64,000 nt of DNA from Podarcis filfolensis. Its lineage: Eukaryota. The notes beneath the pieces were generated by a model that worked only from the letters and a program-made list of their open reading frames with translations, did not search any database and was not told where the DNA came from. The stretch lies in assembly GCA_964270895.1 (NCBI GenBank), contig OZ185444.1; one strand, given 5' to 3'. Made by a program: the position numbers and the translations under genes. Positions 37,201 through 52,863 of this stretch are shown here, piece by piece (positions within the stretch are counted from its first letter, which is position 1; each line of letters begins with the position of its first letter).

Positions 37201-39785
37201 GTGGCTGCCTTTTCTGGATTATGCTCTTAATTAGAGAAGCACTGGCTCTCAGAAATGATTATACACACACACACACACACACATACACACAGGCACACAC
37301 ACATTAAGCGAAAATGCAAGCGTTCTACACATGCAAATATTCTTCATTCAAATAACCAAGTTTAATGCTTCAAGTATATAAATAAGATTATAATTACGAT
37401 TTAAATAAGACACAAGCACAGATACATAGATAAGCTGGCTGATTTGCACTTAATCATAGTTGCCAGGTTTTTATTTATTCAATTCATTTATATATTGCAA
37501 ACTCAGATAAATATATATGCAGTGTACAAAATTCTCAATTAGAACCAAAACAACGTTCAGATGATTTGTTGCAGTGCAAAACCAGCCAACCAGTGACTCA
37601 AGAAATATGCAATTTATTTGTATACTACCAAAACAATGTTCTTTGTTTTATAATTCAAAATATATTTACCTGAATTGCATTGGTTAACCTTTTAATTCGC
37701 TTTTTCAGTTCTTCATTTTCTTTTTCCATCTCTTCTTTCTCCCTTAGAAATTTAGTGTGGGCTTTAACTTTTTTCTGAAGCTCGTGATTTAAATCATCCA
37801 CCTCATCTAGTAATGAATTCTCTTTATTTTTGCTTAGCTTGAGGGCATCTTTAAGTTTTGAAAGTTGGTCATTTAAATCTTCTAACTGAATCTAAGAAAA
37901 AAAAATTATGATATATTATTTCAGGACTGCCAACAAAATGAACAAAGAAACAAATGACAATGCATGCCATGTCAGACAATAAACATCTTTGCTAATATTG
38001 GGTGATATCATGGTCAATTAAACCCAGAACGGATCCACTGAAAACAACATACAAGTCAAATGATCTCTATTTGTCTACTCTGAATGTGACTAATCTTAGA
38101 TATCACCTACTAAAAACACAGTTCTAAAAAAAACAAACCCTGGCCATGTATATTTGTGACCAAAAAAAGCTAAAAGGAGAGATCCTTTTTTTCTTAACCA
38201 CACCAAATACTCAGTTGCATTAAGACTCTATGCTGCTGGATTCAACATCAAAAGCTGGGGCCGTTGGTGCATCAAGCCCAGTATGATCAATTCTTATAGG
38301 CAGCACCTGTCTCTTGGAAAGTTACTAACTGAAATAATTTTAGTGGCAATGCTAGAGATACAATCCAGAAATATATGTACACAAAATGACATGGTTTACC
38401 ACATAGCAGCCCTACTACCACATAGTAAATAAATCCTGAACTGCAAGCCTACATTCACCCAATTTTTCTAAACACCAATAAAGTATTATGATGTATCAAT
38501 TTATTGTTCTTCTAGGGAAGAAAACGTGCAAAACCATGGGTAGTATCCCATACATCTTGCAATCCATGTGCCAGGTTTCAAGGAAGCACAAGTATGTTTT
38601 TTTGTGGAATAGACTACAATTACAGACACATTATCAGTGTACCTTGATCGCAGTAATACGGAACACAGTTTCATTCAATTTTGTGCAGGAGGCCCACACA
38701 CAATGTGGTGAAATTAACAGAAACTGCTAAGTAGCAGTGTCTGGGAAAGTGCATCATGGGGCTTTTAACAATCAAAAGTACTATTTGAGGACTGGAAGAC
38801 AGAGCAGCGTATTGGTGTCTGTAATGCTCACGGTGACATCTATCCCCTCTGGTGTTCTGCTTTCACATCAAGCCAATATAGGTAAGACTTCACTTCCTGC
38901 TCACCCTCAGTTCCTTTGTTTGCTTGTCAACGATCTGTTGAACGTTCATGTGTGCCTCTTTTTGTGATGCTACAGAAATAATCTGTTGTTCTGCAGCAGC
39001 TGTCATTTCTGCTCGGAGCTCCAGAAGTGCTTTACTCAAAGCCTGAAAAATATTTATCAATCTTAAAAATGATAAATTTGATGAAAAACAATAAACACAA
39101 ATCCTTTTAACATCTAGGTCAAAATTTTGCAGTTATATGCCTATGTGCTTTGCTGGACAGCTGAAGAAAGCAAGCAAGTAAAAAAAAATCCAACAGGGAT
39201 AAAAGACAGGAGTAAGATATATGTCTATGACACAAAGTGGGAAAAGGTTAACAGTAAAGGTAAAGGTAAAGGTACCCCTGCCCGTACGGGCCAGTCTTGC
39301 CAGACTCTAGGGTTGTGCGCTCATCTCACTCTATAGGCCGGGAGCCAGCGCTGTCCGCAGACACTTCTGGGTCACGTGGCCAGCGTGACAAGCTGCATCT
39401 GGCGAGCCAGCGCAGCACACGGAACGCGGTTTACCTTCCCGCTGGTAAGCGGTCCCTATTTATCTACTTGCACCCGGAGGTGCTTTCGAACTGCTAGGTT
39501 GGCAGGCGCTGGGACCGAACGACGGGAGCGCACCCCACCGCGGGGATTCGAACCGCCGACCATGCGATCGGCAAGTCCTAGGCGCTGAGGTTTTACCCAG
39601 GTTAACAGTACATAGAGTTAATATTAGGTTTAAATAATAAAGTAGCCTAATATTCAACAAGCTCTCTGCTTAATATATTGCCATCATTTCTGGTGGCAGT
39701 TAACATAAGGCAATAAGAAGAGCCATGCTGGTTCACACCAGTGGCCCATCTAGTTGGGGTAACCAGTCAGATTGGGGGGGTTACA

Positions 39786-39821
<36 letters not shown>

Positions 39822-41413
39822 TGTTCAGCATCCTGTTCTCACAGTGGGAAACCCACAAGAGCATTCTCCCCTCCTGTGCTATCCAGCAACTGGTTAAGTG
39901 TTTAGAGTGAAGTTGAGCCGACGACATTCAAAAAGTTATAGAATTCAAGCCAATGTTCCCTCAATTAATTCTTTATTGTTCTTATTTCACAAAAGTGTCT
40001 AAAATATACTAGACACTGTATGTAAGAAAAATGAGTAGGTCCTTGCAGAGAGGCTCACAATAAAAAAGGTGAAATAATTCTGGTTTGTTAGAGAAAATGA
40101 GCTGGTTTACACCCAATTACTAGTTTCCATGCTTACCTTCTGCTGTTTCTCTTTTAAGGCTAGCTGATTCTTCAGCCGTTCCACTAGATTTTTCATTGTA
40201 GTTGTTGGAGCTCTATTATTTGCTTCTCTTTGGGCCTCCAGCTCCAGTTTTGCATTCAGTAATTCTTTCTCCATCTGTGACAACAAACTTCTTAGCTCAT
40301 CCACTTCATCTTTCAATTTTTTCACTTCAGCTGCATGCTTCTCTTCAAGCCTAGCAGAGCAAAATAATAAATAATAATGACATCCATTGGCAAAATTGAG
40401 CGAGTTCCAGATGGACTAACTAGGCTGAAGTATTGCATCGTTTTGATTATAATTATACATTATTCCCAACAGCAGCCTAGAGGAGCAACACACTGTTAAA
40501 CTGTCTTTGTGATAAGCAAAGTCAGCTGTGTTCTCTCATTTATTTTCTTCATAGCTCATTAACAAACAAATGTCCTCACTTTATTTCACCTCGTGGCTCA
40601 AAAATCTACTGTTCAAAACATATGCTTGGGAGGAGAATCATCAGGGTAGTCCATGCCACCACCCACAGCATAAAAATCCTGAGAGCTCTGCCAGATGTCT
40701 GCTTGTTAAGTTTCATGTTAGAATAGGGTTTATGAAAGCTGAATCTAATGCATGTGACCCAGAAATGAGGAAACTGTGGCCATTCAGATCTTGTGGGACT
40801 CCGTTTCCATCAGCCCCATACAGTGAAGCCAACGGCCAAGGAGAATGAGAACTGTTGTCCAGCAACATCTAGAAGGCCATGGGTTCCCCACCCAACTGTA
40901 CATTGATTCTGTGATGCACAGACTGGAGACCAGTGAATGGATTCCAACTGGTCAAACCTTCCAGTAATTTGAAGGCAAGTAGTTACAATCCAGTCATGTA
41001 TACCTAAATCTAATTTGGGGGGAAAGACACTATATAACAACCGCATTGACAAGAGGTTAATTATGGAGGGAAGGATACTGTCTACATAATGCTTATTCCA
41101 GAGCAATGAAGCTGAACTAAATAGGACTACAGGCTATGGACCACAACCAATTTTATTCTTTTAACAAAATCCTATAAAAACCAAAGGGTGGTATCCAACG
41201 AAGCAGTTCCACTAGCCCAAGCAATAAAACTTCTTCTCCCTCTCCTCTCCCCATGCAGTTCATAAATATGTTCTGGGGTTCCCCCAGAGCAGGTTGGGGG
41301 GCCTGGTGGGAGAGGAAGCTCCATAGTTCAGCCAAAAGGACTTGTGCAAGAAGAACTGTTAGTTGGATACTGCCCTATGAACTGATCTTTTCAACATACC
41401 TTTAAAAGATAGT

Positions 41414-41455
<42 letters not shown>

Positions 41456-43846
41456 TGAATATATATACCGCCGTATACCCGGAGGTCTCAGAGAGGTTCA
41501 CATAAAAAGATCACAGTATATAAAATAAAAATAAAAGCAATAACCCAATAATACGCCCCGCCCCCCCGCCAAAGAGCCACATTTTAAAAGGGTATGGGAT
41601 GTTGATCAGGTCAACCAAAGGCCTGGTTAAAAAGGAACACTTTTGCCTGGCGCCTAAAGGAGTATAATGAAATACTCCTGAAAACAAAAATAACCCATTA
41701 TTTTTATATAATGATAATGAGCTCTATGTTTAAGCTGAATGCTTACCTCTACGGTTATGTATATATTTTAGCCAGGTTTTCTAAAGATTAATGAAACATG
41801 ACGACTCTCAAGATCTCAGCAGATCATTTACAGAATGAAGTATAATTCTAATCTACACTTACTGGACCCTGATGTTATCAAATTCCTTGATTTTTGCCAA
41901 AGTAATCTGCTTTTGCTTCTGCAATTCGGACGATGTTTTCTTTAATTTGTTCAGAAGGGATGCAAGGGAACTGTCCTGTTCTGCTACAGTTTGCTCCATC
42001 TCTGCCAGACGAATTAAATGTTTATTTGCTGGGACAGCTAAAGATGGCTTTTTCACCAACTCCTGTGGAACAAAACAGGTTATCTAATGAATAAATATTC
42101 CATTCTTTGTTTGATATTACTGTTTAACTCATATCCTGGATGTAATGTATAAGCTAAGATGCATGATATATTTGCATCTTAACTAAGTTGGGGTACAGTA
42201 TGGCTCATTTGCCCCTATTTACCTGGTAAATTCTTGCAATATAACCATGTTTTTCATTCACATGCTGTGAAGCCCTAACAATAGCTTGTCTAAAAATAGC
42301 GTTTTACAAAAATTCCTAAAAATGGTTTCCAGAAATCTTTTTTATTACCAGTGTGTGTTTTATTACTTTTCTATCATCAGGAATGCAGTACACTATGGCA
42401 CTGATGATATCTTAAGAAAGGCACCTTTGTTGGTTTAAACATTGAGCCACGGTCACAGGATATGAAGTCATCACTGCAAATTTGGGGCCTAGATCCTTAA
42501 GAGCTTTATATGTCAACTCGTCACTAATGGTGCCCCAAAGGATGCAGAAAGTCAGTGGAAGCCTGATGGAAATCAGTGGCTGGAACCCAAGGGCTCCTGG
42601 TGTGAGCAGACATTGATTCAGCTCACTCAATGGGTGGGACAGTGATCTGCGCTGACTTCCCACTCCATATGCATTCCTCTTTAAAAACCAGAAAACAATT
42701 CCCAAGGTTGTCTCCAACCCATGGGACCAGCGTTTTGACAGTGGGGTGGGCAGCTGTAAAGAGACAGCTTCCACAAATTACTTTACATCAGAACTTTGCT
42801 GAATCCAAGCCATAAAGGATAAGAAATCACCATATTTCAATTCTGTCCCCATCTTACCTTTATTCCCCAAATCCTCAAATGCAGAAATCATGAACAAAAC
42901 TTATACTTACTAATGCAGTTTGCTTGAATTTGTTAAAAGAACTGTCAGCATGTATATCTAACTTTTGATGTAGCACTCTGAGGTCGTCTTCATGTTTCTT
43001 TGCAATTTCCTCTTGTTCCTAAATAGTGCAAAAATATATATATTTGTTTTGTGTCCATTCTATTCTACAAAAATTTCAAATAGTTACTAATCTTATCACA
43101 CTAAATGCAAAAGTAACTGAAAAGGATGTCCACAACAAAAGGCAATACTCTTCAAGTTTTCCAAACACAGAAGTCACTTTTAGCTTCCTTTACTTCCTTA
43201 TGCTACATATTCAGGACTTTTCCCCATGAATGGCACTCAGAATAATGCAGTCCCAAGTCATGTTGGAAACACCAAATGGCACCTCTGTGCCACCACTGCT
43301 CAGTTCAAATGGCCCTGTGTAACCCAGCATTTTTCATTTATTCATTCATTAAAAAAATTCTACAAAGCCCTTCAATTCAAAATTTCCAGGGCTGTTTACA
43401 ATAACAGCTCATGCATTTTGTATTGTAAATACCTCTCTTGCTTTGGCCAAAAGGTATTGGTACTTTTTCAACACTTCCTCTTTTTGATTTAATCTTGCTT
43501 GCATATTTGCAATTGTCTGGTGCGCAATTTTCAGAGCACGAGGAGAGGCAGCAGAGTCCTCTTCTTTTGGTCCAAGCTCTGCTATTATTTTCTCTCTCTC
43601 TGATGATGCTGGCAATCGAAGTCTCAGTTCATTTATGATCCTGTCCCTGGATAAGATACTTTGCTCTGCTTTCCACAAAGCAGCTTCTTTTTCTTTCAGT
43701 TTCTGTAATAAAATAAATCTGTTACCAAAAACGACAAAAATAATTGAGAGGATTTCTTCTTCTTCTTTTTTCAACATGGAGAAAAGAGTGGGGAAATAAA
43801 GGCAAGTGGGGAGCTGTGAAAAACAAGTGGTGGGGGCAGGACCAGA

Positions 43847-43892
<46 letters not shown>

Positions 43893-46800
43893 TATTCATT
43901 TTTAGGTCAACAGAACTAGACAACCAACAAAGAACATCACAGCATAGCTGTTTTAATCAAAGGCAGGAGCAACTGAACTGTATTCTGGGAGATACCTACT
44001 TCCCAAGACATTGTTCCTGCCTTTGACCACCAGGTGGAGTCAAAGCCCAACCTGATAGCCTGGCGCCTTCATTACATATCTTTAAGTGCCAGGCCAATCT
44101 GTTTCTCTATAACCAAGCCTTTGGCTGAGTAACATTCTGTGGCCTTTTAAATGGGTTTGTGGAAGAAATTATTCAGTTTTTTTTTCTTTTTGTTCTATTA
44201 TGAATTTTATGTTCTCAACTTATATTTTTACGTTGTGAATCACTGTGTGATCCTTAGGTGAAAGGTGGCATACAAATTTAATAAATAAAAGTAGAAAAAA
44301 AGATTTTAAAAACTGAACAGCCTTCTGGAGTGAGAGGAAGGAGCAATGCAACTAAAGATACCCTCCTCTGCCGGAGGCAAAATCTCTACTCTATAAATCA
44401 CTAAAAGCATATGATTCAGTTAGCTGAACAATCCAATCACCTCTTCTAAGGATTTGCAGGTGGCTTGCACTTCCAGGATAGTTCGGACGTGTTCTCGTAT
44501 TTTCCTTAGAGCTTGCTCAAGCTGATGTGCAAGGGGCAAGCTGGGGTCTGGAACTGATCCTGTAGCTTCATCAAACTGCAGAGAAGTAAACAGAAATGGT
44601 TGTTTTGCGCAGGCAGGCGGAGACCCCCCCCCCTCAACCCCAGGCAACAGCCGGGTGGAAGAATGACACTTGATGTGTTATGGGACTTATCAGTATGAAA
44701 TCAGGTACCTTCTGAGCGGTTCTAATTATGTCCTTCTGCTGACGGTCATAAGTGTCGAGCTGACGTTCTAATTCTACTTCTCTTTGTTCCCAGGCCAACT
44801 GCCGCTCCTCATGGAACTACAAGATTTAAGGGGTTTAATAAGGACTGTACACAGCCTCTGAGAGCAGCACAAATATATGTTAGATACAGGAACATTTTTC
44901 ACGTTACATGCAGCAAAACTTTTGTAGGAGTTTTCTCTGCAGAATTTCGAAAGTTACATTTTTTAAAAAAAAACACCAATAGTACAACACCACTAGCTTT
45001 TCTGTACCTTGCTCTGCTGTACAATTTCTTCTTCCAGGTGATTAATGGTACGTTCGTATTCAGAAAGGATATTGTTCAAATATTTAATCTCTTCCTTTTT
45101 CTTGGCTAATTCGCGGTTCAGTTTAAGGTCCTGAAGACGAAGCTCTTCAATTTTCATATGCCACTCAATTACCTGACAATACACAAATGACCAAATCTGA
45201 CAACAATTTAAGGACCAAACTGATTCCAAATAGTGCCAAACTACTGCAGAAAAAAAGATGAACTATCTCATTGTGGAGTTTCTCTCAAAAATCAGAATTT
45301 GTTTGAAAGGATTGGTGGTTGGGAAAAAATACATAACCATGTAGAATCCTTGGTGCACAAGCAAGCATCTCATTAATTCTTTGCATTTTGGCCCAGATTA
45401 ACAAAATGAAGAATGTGTGCATGTGATTAAATATGAAAACAAAAGAATCTGAGTGATGAAACACTAATGGACTACAACACACATTCAAATGGGGGTGACG
45501 TGACATTTTTACAGTGGAAATTGACATTCTGTCAATTGACATTGATAAGCAGATGCTGCTTTTCTCTCTTGGCTAATCAAGGCAATAAAAATGAAAAATC
45601 AAATCAAACAAACCCCAAAACCTTATGTGAACTTAGAGTCAATTCTCAAATAAATATTTAAAGTTGTTATATCACAAACCTTCTGTGCTCCTCTTGTATC
45701 TTTCAATGTGGCTATTAGTTCTTCTAATCCTTTTAGCTTTGTCTCCAGCTCCAGTGCTCTGTTCTCTGCATTTCGGCGCTCCTGCTGAGCAAGCTGGACC
45801 TCATCCATAGTCTTAAGTTTGTCATTCTGAAGCTGAATCATAGTTTTGGAGAACTTCTCCTGCTGAGCCAGGGGCAAAGCACCACTGAATTGTCGTCGCA
45901 GTGACTGTACAGTCTGGCGGAGATGCTTAGCTCTATTCCTCCCCTCGAGTCGTGTATAGTACAATGCTTGCTCTTTATCATCCAGTTTCTGCTCTAGGCG
46001 CATATTAGCCACCTCCATCTTCTGAAGTTTTGACATGGCAGCCTCTAACTTGGCCACAGCAGTGGCTTCACTAACCTGAAGGGCCACGATATGTTGATGT
46101 AATTTTGCAACAAGTGTTTTTTCATCTGATTGTGCCTGAATAGCAAGTAAGATAAAAATATATATTTTAATCAAATGCATTCGCCAAGCATTTACATGGT
46201 ATTGGGCTTATTATCTGTGTCACAGGGGTGAATGGTTATGCTTCTAAGCAGAGATAGCCCATACCTGAAAATCCAAAATCTGCATTCTGAGCGATTCCAC
46301 TTCTTTCTCTCTGGATTGCTGGCGATTCTCCAAAGCATCAACTTGCATCTTGGCAATATCAGACAGCTCTTTTAGCCTAGCAAGACAAGTGAAACCTATT
46401 TAGTAAAAAACACTGCAAGGGTAACAGTATTCTCTTTTTCTCCCTCCCCCCCATATGCAAATAATAAAAAAACAGTACTAAAAGGATATATGTTGAATGG
46501 AACTGCTGCACATTTAAGGCTAGCAGATGAAAATGTCTAGCAGATGAAAAAGCTGTTTGAGCCTCGATGCCTAAAGACTGTTTACAGGTTGAGAATGTGG
46601 TTGAAACCTGAAACATTGTCACAACAGCACTGTCACTAGGTCCATATGAAGTGCCACATGGAATAATTGTGTCACATAACACTACTGAGTTTTGATGCTA
46701 TAAATGAGCTGTTTACATTAAGTTGTAGCCCACCACATACTGGCTGCATTCACATGCAACATAGTTTAAAGCTATGTGGACAAGCTACAGCAAGCCTGAG

Positions 46801-49800
46801 CAAAAGATCTGGCTCCCAACACTCCCCCTTTTGCATTCTTCTGCAGGTCTGGTGAAAGGACATCTTCAGAGTTTAGTTTCCCTTTTAAATACTCTTGACT
46901 TAGGATTACATTTCAACCAGGTACATTTCATAAGAAGCCATTTTCAAACCCTAGGTTCTGCTGGCTTGTGAAACCATTGTTTGATCCTTGGTTTGTGCAT
47001 AACGCCAAGCCAAGATTCTGTAAAACTGATACTATAACTTAGCAGAGGTCTTCTGAATACAATGGCAAAGCAGGGCTCATTTAAGCCAGGCACTTCATTT
47101 GGGCTCATGGAGCTTCATCCATGCAGCACTAAACCATGATTTCACATTACAGTCATACCTCGGGTTACGGCCACTTCAGGTTGCGTCTTTTCGGGTTGCT
47201 GACCGCCAAAACCCAGAAGTACCGGAACGGGTTGCTTCCGAGTTTCGGTGGTCGCGCATGCGCAGAAGCGCCGAATCGCAACCCATGTGTGCGCAGATGC
47301 AGGTTGCGAACATGCATCCCGCATAGATCACGTTCGCAACCCGAGCATCCACTGTACAATGCAATCCAGACCACTATGTTAAACACATGTAGGTTTTTTT
47401 AATAGCTGCTTCCAAACATAAGATTCTATTCTGTGGACTTGTATAGGTTTCAGATGCTGCTGCTGTATCATTTTTTGTAATGTTTTTATATATTTTTTAT
47501 ATATTTTATACCTGCACACTCTGCCTTACAGGCCTTTTCCCACCTCGCCTAAGAAGGCTGGGCCCTGACTGACTTCAACTACAAAAGTTGAGGCTGTTGA
47601 ACAGACTCTTAGGTTGTGATATTGTTTTTGTATCTTTATTTTTGTAATTTATTATTTATGTGGGAATTTTAAATTTGGTTGTGTACTTTCTGATGTGTTT
47701 TATTTGTTGTTTATTTCTACCTTTGTTAATTTGTAATTATGTAAATATTTTCATGTCATAAGCCACTGTGAGCATGGTTTTAACTATGGAAAGGCAGAAT
47801 ACAAATACAATAATGTGTGTATGTTTACTCTTTTGATTATTTTATCATAAAGCTGCCTGAAAAAATGACCGATAAAATTTTAATTAAACAAAACTAGACT
47901 CCAAAGAGCAGCATGCGTGCACAATTTCAACATTTCCTTTGCAAATCTTTCCCACAGACCTCCCAATTACTCTTTAAACTTCCCCCAGGTCATAAAGCAG
48001 CTCCAGGATGAGGAATGGTTGGGTTTTAAAGTGAAAAACCAGTGTCATTCCCCACAATTTTCCCTTTAAAAGGCTCCCATGACGTGTGTGTGTGTGTGTG
48101 TGTGTGTGCATATAAGGGAAGAGGGGAGCAGTTCTAGAGGGAAATTCAAATAAACTTGGAAGTATTCTCCCCCCCCCCCCACACACACACCTCTTCTACG
48201 CAGGGCTGAAATCAGAGTAATGCAAGAACCTTTAAACTTACTTTGATACTTCAATCTTGAGCTCAGTTTCACTTTTCTCCAGGTCCATAATTCGACGTCT
48301 ATCTGCCTCGCTGACTGCTTTACTCACACTGCTTGACAGTTCATCTCGCAAAGACTGTTCCACTTTCTGTGCTTCAAGGTTGATCTTTGTAAGCTAAGAG
48401 ACATGGCAGGTTTGGTAAAGATATTCAGAATCGGAACACTACATTCAGTCCAAAACAACAACAACCTATTAGTACATGGGTAGCCAACATGAATTATCAG
48501 GTGTTTGTGGCATGCTTTGCTAGGATTGTGAGGACTCGTGGCATGCACAGCTGGCTGTAATGTAGAACACCAGCATGTCTTTCCTGGGCTGAATTTCCGC
48601 CTGCTCTGACTACTTCAAGATACAGGAGCCTTACAAACACTAACTACAAACAATCTTGTATTCAGCTTGTGATAAACTTGCCCCCAAACGCCACTCTCTT
48701 AGTTCATGTGCCTGAAGAATTAACTGGGGGAGAGAAACGGAATGAGAGCCTTTCAGCAGAATGCACCAACATCCTGTGTATTCACATTAATCCACAGTTT
48801 ATTTCAAACTACATTTTAAAGTGATGTTTGGCTTGGTCATAAAGCAGTTTCTTCTAGGTGTTAGGAATTTGTCAACCTTATATGCCTACTTTCCACCTTA
48901 CTCAATAGTGTATCTCAAACAGTGCAACATCTCTAAATGCAACTAGCTCCAAGAAACTATTGGGGGAGGGCGGGGGAATGATAGGAGTAATTAAAGAGAA
49001 CAGTATGCTAATGCATTTTCCAACACTTTAAGCAAACTATGTAATCACAGCTCAGCAGCCAACCTCAGCAAACTTTGTTTCCAGTTCAAAATTGCGTTCT
49101 TCCACTTGTTTTAATGTGTTCCGTAAGTGTTCATACATTCGCTGAGAGTGCTCTGCCCTTTGCCTTTCATTTAGTTCTTTCATTTCCAGCATAGTAATTT
49201 TCTTAGAAATAGAAACAATCTCACTGTTTGTTATGGCTTTTGTGGCCTTATCTGTAGCACTGTCTCCTCCTACAAATTGACAATAATATAAATGGAAAAG
49301 TTTAGTGACAGACACATTTTAAAAACAAAACAATATAAAATCTGCAGTACGGAACAGAGGCAGAAATCTTCAACTTTTTCAAAATATTTAAAACATCTTT
49401 TGCATAGTTCAGAACTGGAATATTTATAATTGCCCTTTACCTTGTTTAGTTATTATTACTTCCCTTTTTTATCAAAGGGACTGGGTTGATCTTTTCAGAC
49501 TTTGGCAGAATCTTGACAGGATATCTCACTTCTAATACACTATAGGGGTTGTCTTCGCAAATAAAACACTCTAATAACAGGTAAGTTGTACTAATGATCA
49601 CAGATTCCTTTGGGGATATATTGAGCTCAACATCATTTTCCCTTTTATTTTTCCCTTTAAAAAAAGTTCTAGGCTTGTGTGAATACCATTTAAGAATACT
49701 AACAAGCTTTCAAGTGAATGTTTGGATTCTTGTTAATTTAAGAATAAGAAGGCTTGTGTTTCAAAATGTTGTTCAACTCTACATTTTAAGGTACCAGGTT

Positions 49801-52800
49801 TACAGAGAAAACATGTATCATCTCATTGCAATAAAATGATCATAATACAATGCACTCACCCAATTTTGCTGTTTGCTCCCAAGCTTGTTCAAGTGTATGA
49901 AGTTTCTCTTTTGTAATTTCCAGCTCCTTGTTTAAAGACTCAATCTGTTCTTTCAGGGATGCATTTTCACGCTATATGGCATGGCAAGATGTGGCACACC
50001 AAAAACAATTTAAAGACAAATTAAAATATAATAACAGTTTAAAAACAAAACAAAAATATTGCTTTGTGCAAGCAGTGAGAGAATGTTAGACACTAATTAA
50101 AAGAAAGGGATCCATCCATACAGTGCTGTCTCCCAAGTTAAAGTGTAAGTAGCTTTCAAAAGAGATCACTATGAAGATCACACCTAAGTATATCCTTCCC
50201 TCTCTGTTTTTATAGTTAAAGCACTAGTGGTCTGTAATAGTATTTGGGAAGGACAATAAAAAGATTGTTTTCCTTTCAAATCCGGCCTACAATATTAGAC
50301 AGCTGAATCTTCTGCTGGATCTGCACCACCAGCATAAAATTGAGATGGAGAAATGTAGATAATCTAAAGTTATCTCAAAGTAGCATGGCAGTATTACCTC
50401 TAAGTGCTCCAAATTAGTTGTTCTTTGAACAAGCAAGTTATCTTTTTGTAGCATATCCCTGTATTTAGCAGTTAATTCATTATACTGCTTATTGGCCATT
50501 TCCAGATCATTCAGAGGTACACAATCATCCAACGCTTTCTGCAATGCTGCCATCTTGAAAGTTGCCATTTCCTGAACAAAGAAGGAAGAAACAGTCTATA
50601 TGGCATTCGAAAAAGGAGGAATGCCGAAGGTGCACACAAAAATACTGCAGCAGGTCACTAGGAATATAGAAGCCAAACTGTACTGTGAGAATAGCTGTGG
50701 CATATATTGAAAAGTGCAAAAACAGCTTGGATTTTGCAGACACTTGGAAAGAGTACATGATAAATCCTATTGAAAAAGAGAAGTATCGAGGCTCCACACA
50801 ATCAGGACATCTGATCTGAGTAGGAATATGACCCATATGGTGCTCTTATGAGCAGCTTGTGTGCAACACTTGGGATTCCTTTTCAAATGTTGGGTGGCAC
50901 ACAGTCGGTGCTGCCTGAGGATGTGATGTTGGAAATGGTTCAGGAAGCACAACCTCACTGCTGTTTTGCATACAAAAGCGTCTTGCACACAATCGCCATG
51001 TGAGCAGAGCTGGCATGATATATAAAACATACCTTGAACCTTTGCAAACGGCCAATCTTTTCTCCAACTGCAGCCTCCACAGCTATTAACTCGGCCTTCA
51101 TCTTCTCATTCTCTTTCCGGAGATGCTTCTCCATTTCAAGTACGGTTGTGTACTGCCTTGCCAGTGACCTTTCATTTACCCTCAGAACAGTTATTTTTCT
51201 ACTGTAGTCTGCAAATAGCCGTTTAAAGTCATCGCTATTCTTTTCAAGTGCATCTAATAAATTCTGTGGGAAGATTAAAAATGTCACTGGCACTGTGCTG
51301 TGAGTATTAACACATATTTTAAGCAGTCAGTGGCCTTGATCTAGCTAAACAGAAGCAGATACAGTGGTGCATAACAGGCCTCTTCTCCCCTCCTCCCAGT
51401 CCTATGCAGTCCTGGAAAAGCCACTCCAGAGAACTGCATGAGATGAGACATGGGCATGAGAGAAATCACTGCAAATCTCCCCTCAAAAACCTTGCCAGAC
51501 CCCACGTTATTTTTTATAAAATACTCCAACCTTTAGAAACAGCTTTTCAGGAAATGAAAGGGCTCCTAGCAGGAAGCAGGTGGGAAAGCCTTGTTGTCTC
51601 ATGTGGAACTTGTAATTCTTGGCACCCAAGCCCATGAATATAGGATCACTACTTACATAATATTCTTTTATTTTTACATCATCTTGCTCCTTTTGATGTT
51701 CCAATCTTTTCTTTTCTTCTTGTATTTTTTCACCAGCAGTATGCCAGTGTTCCCTTTCACTAAAATAAGGAAATGGATGTTTTGTAAAACACATTATTGC
51801 AACTATTGTGTCATATTGTGCTAGGTAAAATCTGAAGTCTGAAAGTTCGGAACAAAAGATTTATAAGCTGCCAATAGAGAGGAAACAGATTTTGGAAAGA
51901 GCAAGTTAACTCTTTCGTCATTGCAGAGCATGGCTGAATATAAGCATTTTGTACTAGAGATGAACAATTTTTGACACCAGAATTATTAAGGGTATTTGAA
52001 ACTCTTTTAATTAATTTATATTTATTTAATATGAATAAAAAAATGTATTAATAAACTTTTTTATTAAGTACTAATTTATTAATTTTTATTAACAACATTA
52101 GTTTGCTGCCCCATAACTGTTCTTTAGGGGGGGAAATACAATTTTTGTTCCAAAAAAGATAAAAATACACTATTTAACTGTAGTGTTTGATTTTATGGTT
52201 GCATTGTAATTCACCTAGACACACCTTATTTACTGTAATTCACCTTCTTTGGCTACTATACCAAGATATAATCAGAATTATACCTTTGATATTCTTTATA
52301 CAGCAAGCCTTGCTGGTGGCGGGCAACTGCAACTTTCCTTTTATAGTCTTCTAGCGCTTCTTCTAATTTCTTCAGCAGCTTCTCTTTATTTTCCAGTTCC
52401 TAATGATACACATCAAATTAATTGCATGACATATCTCAGCTTCAATTCTAATGGATATAAAATATATAAAATGGAGCGCCTTCCTATAGCTATATGCTTT
52501 CTGAATTAAAATATTCTACAAAGACTGACCTCATCACATATATTTGTCTGTGGGAAAAGTTGCAGTTCAAGATGTAATATCAGTTTTCACCTTAAATAAT
52601 AATATCAAGGTTATATAAAAGATATGTGAACAGGATTTTGTTCCTTTCACTATTACTTTAAAAACCATTGATGAGATACTGAACTGCCATGAATAAGAAA
52701 CTTTGAATATAGAATGCTCTGTTTTTCATTAAAATACTGCATGGCTTTGAAACCACCATGGTATATACATACATATGCACATACGTGTGTGTGTGTGTGT

Positions 52801-52809
52801 GTGTGTGTA

Positions 52810-52863
<54 letters not shown>

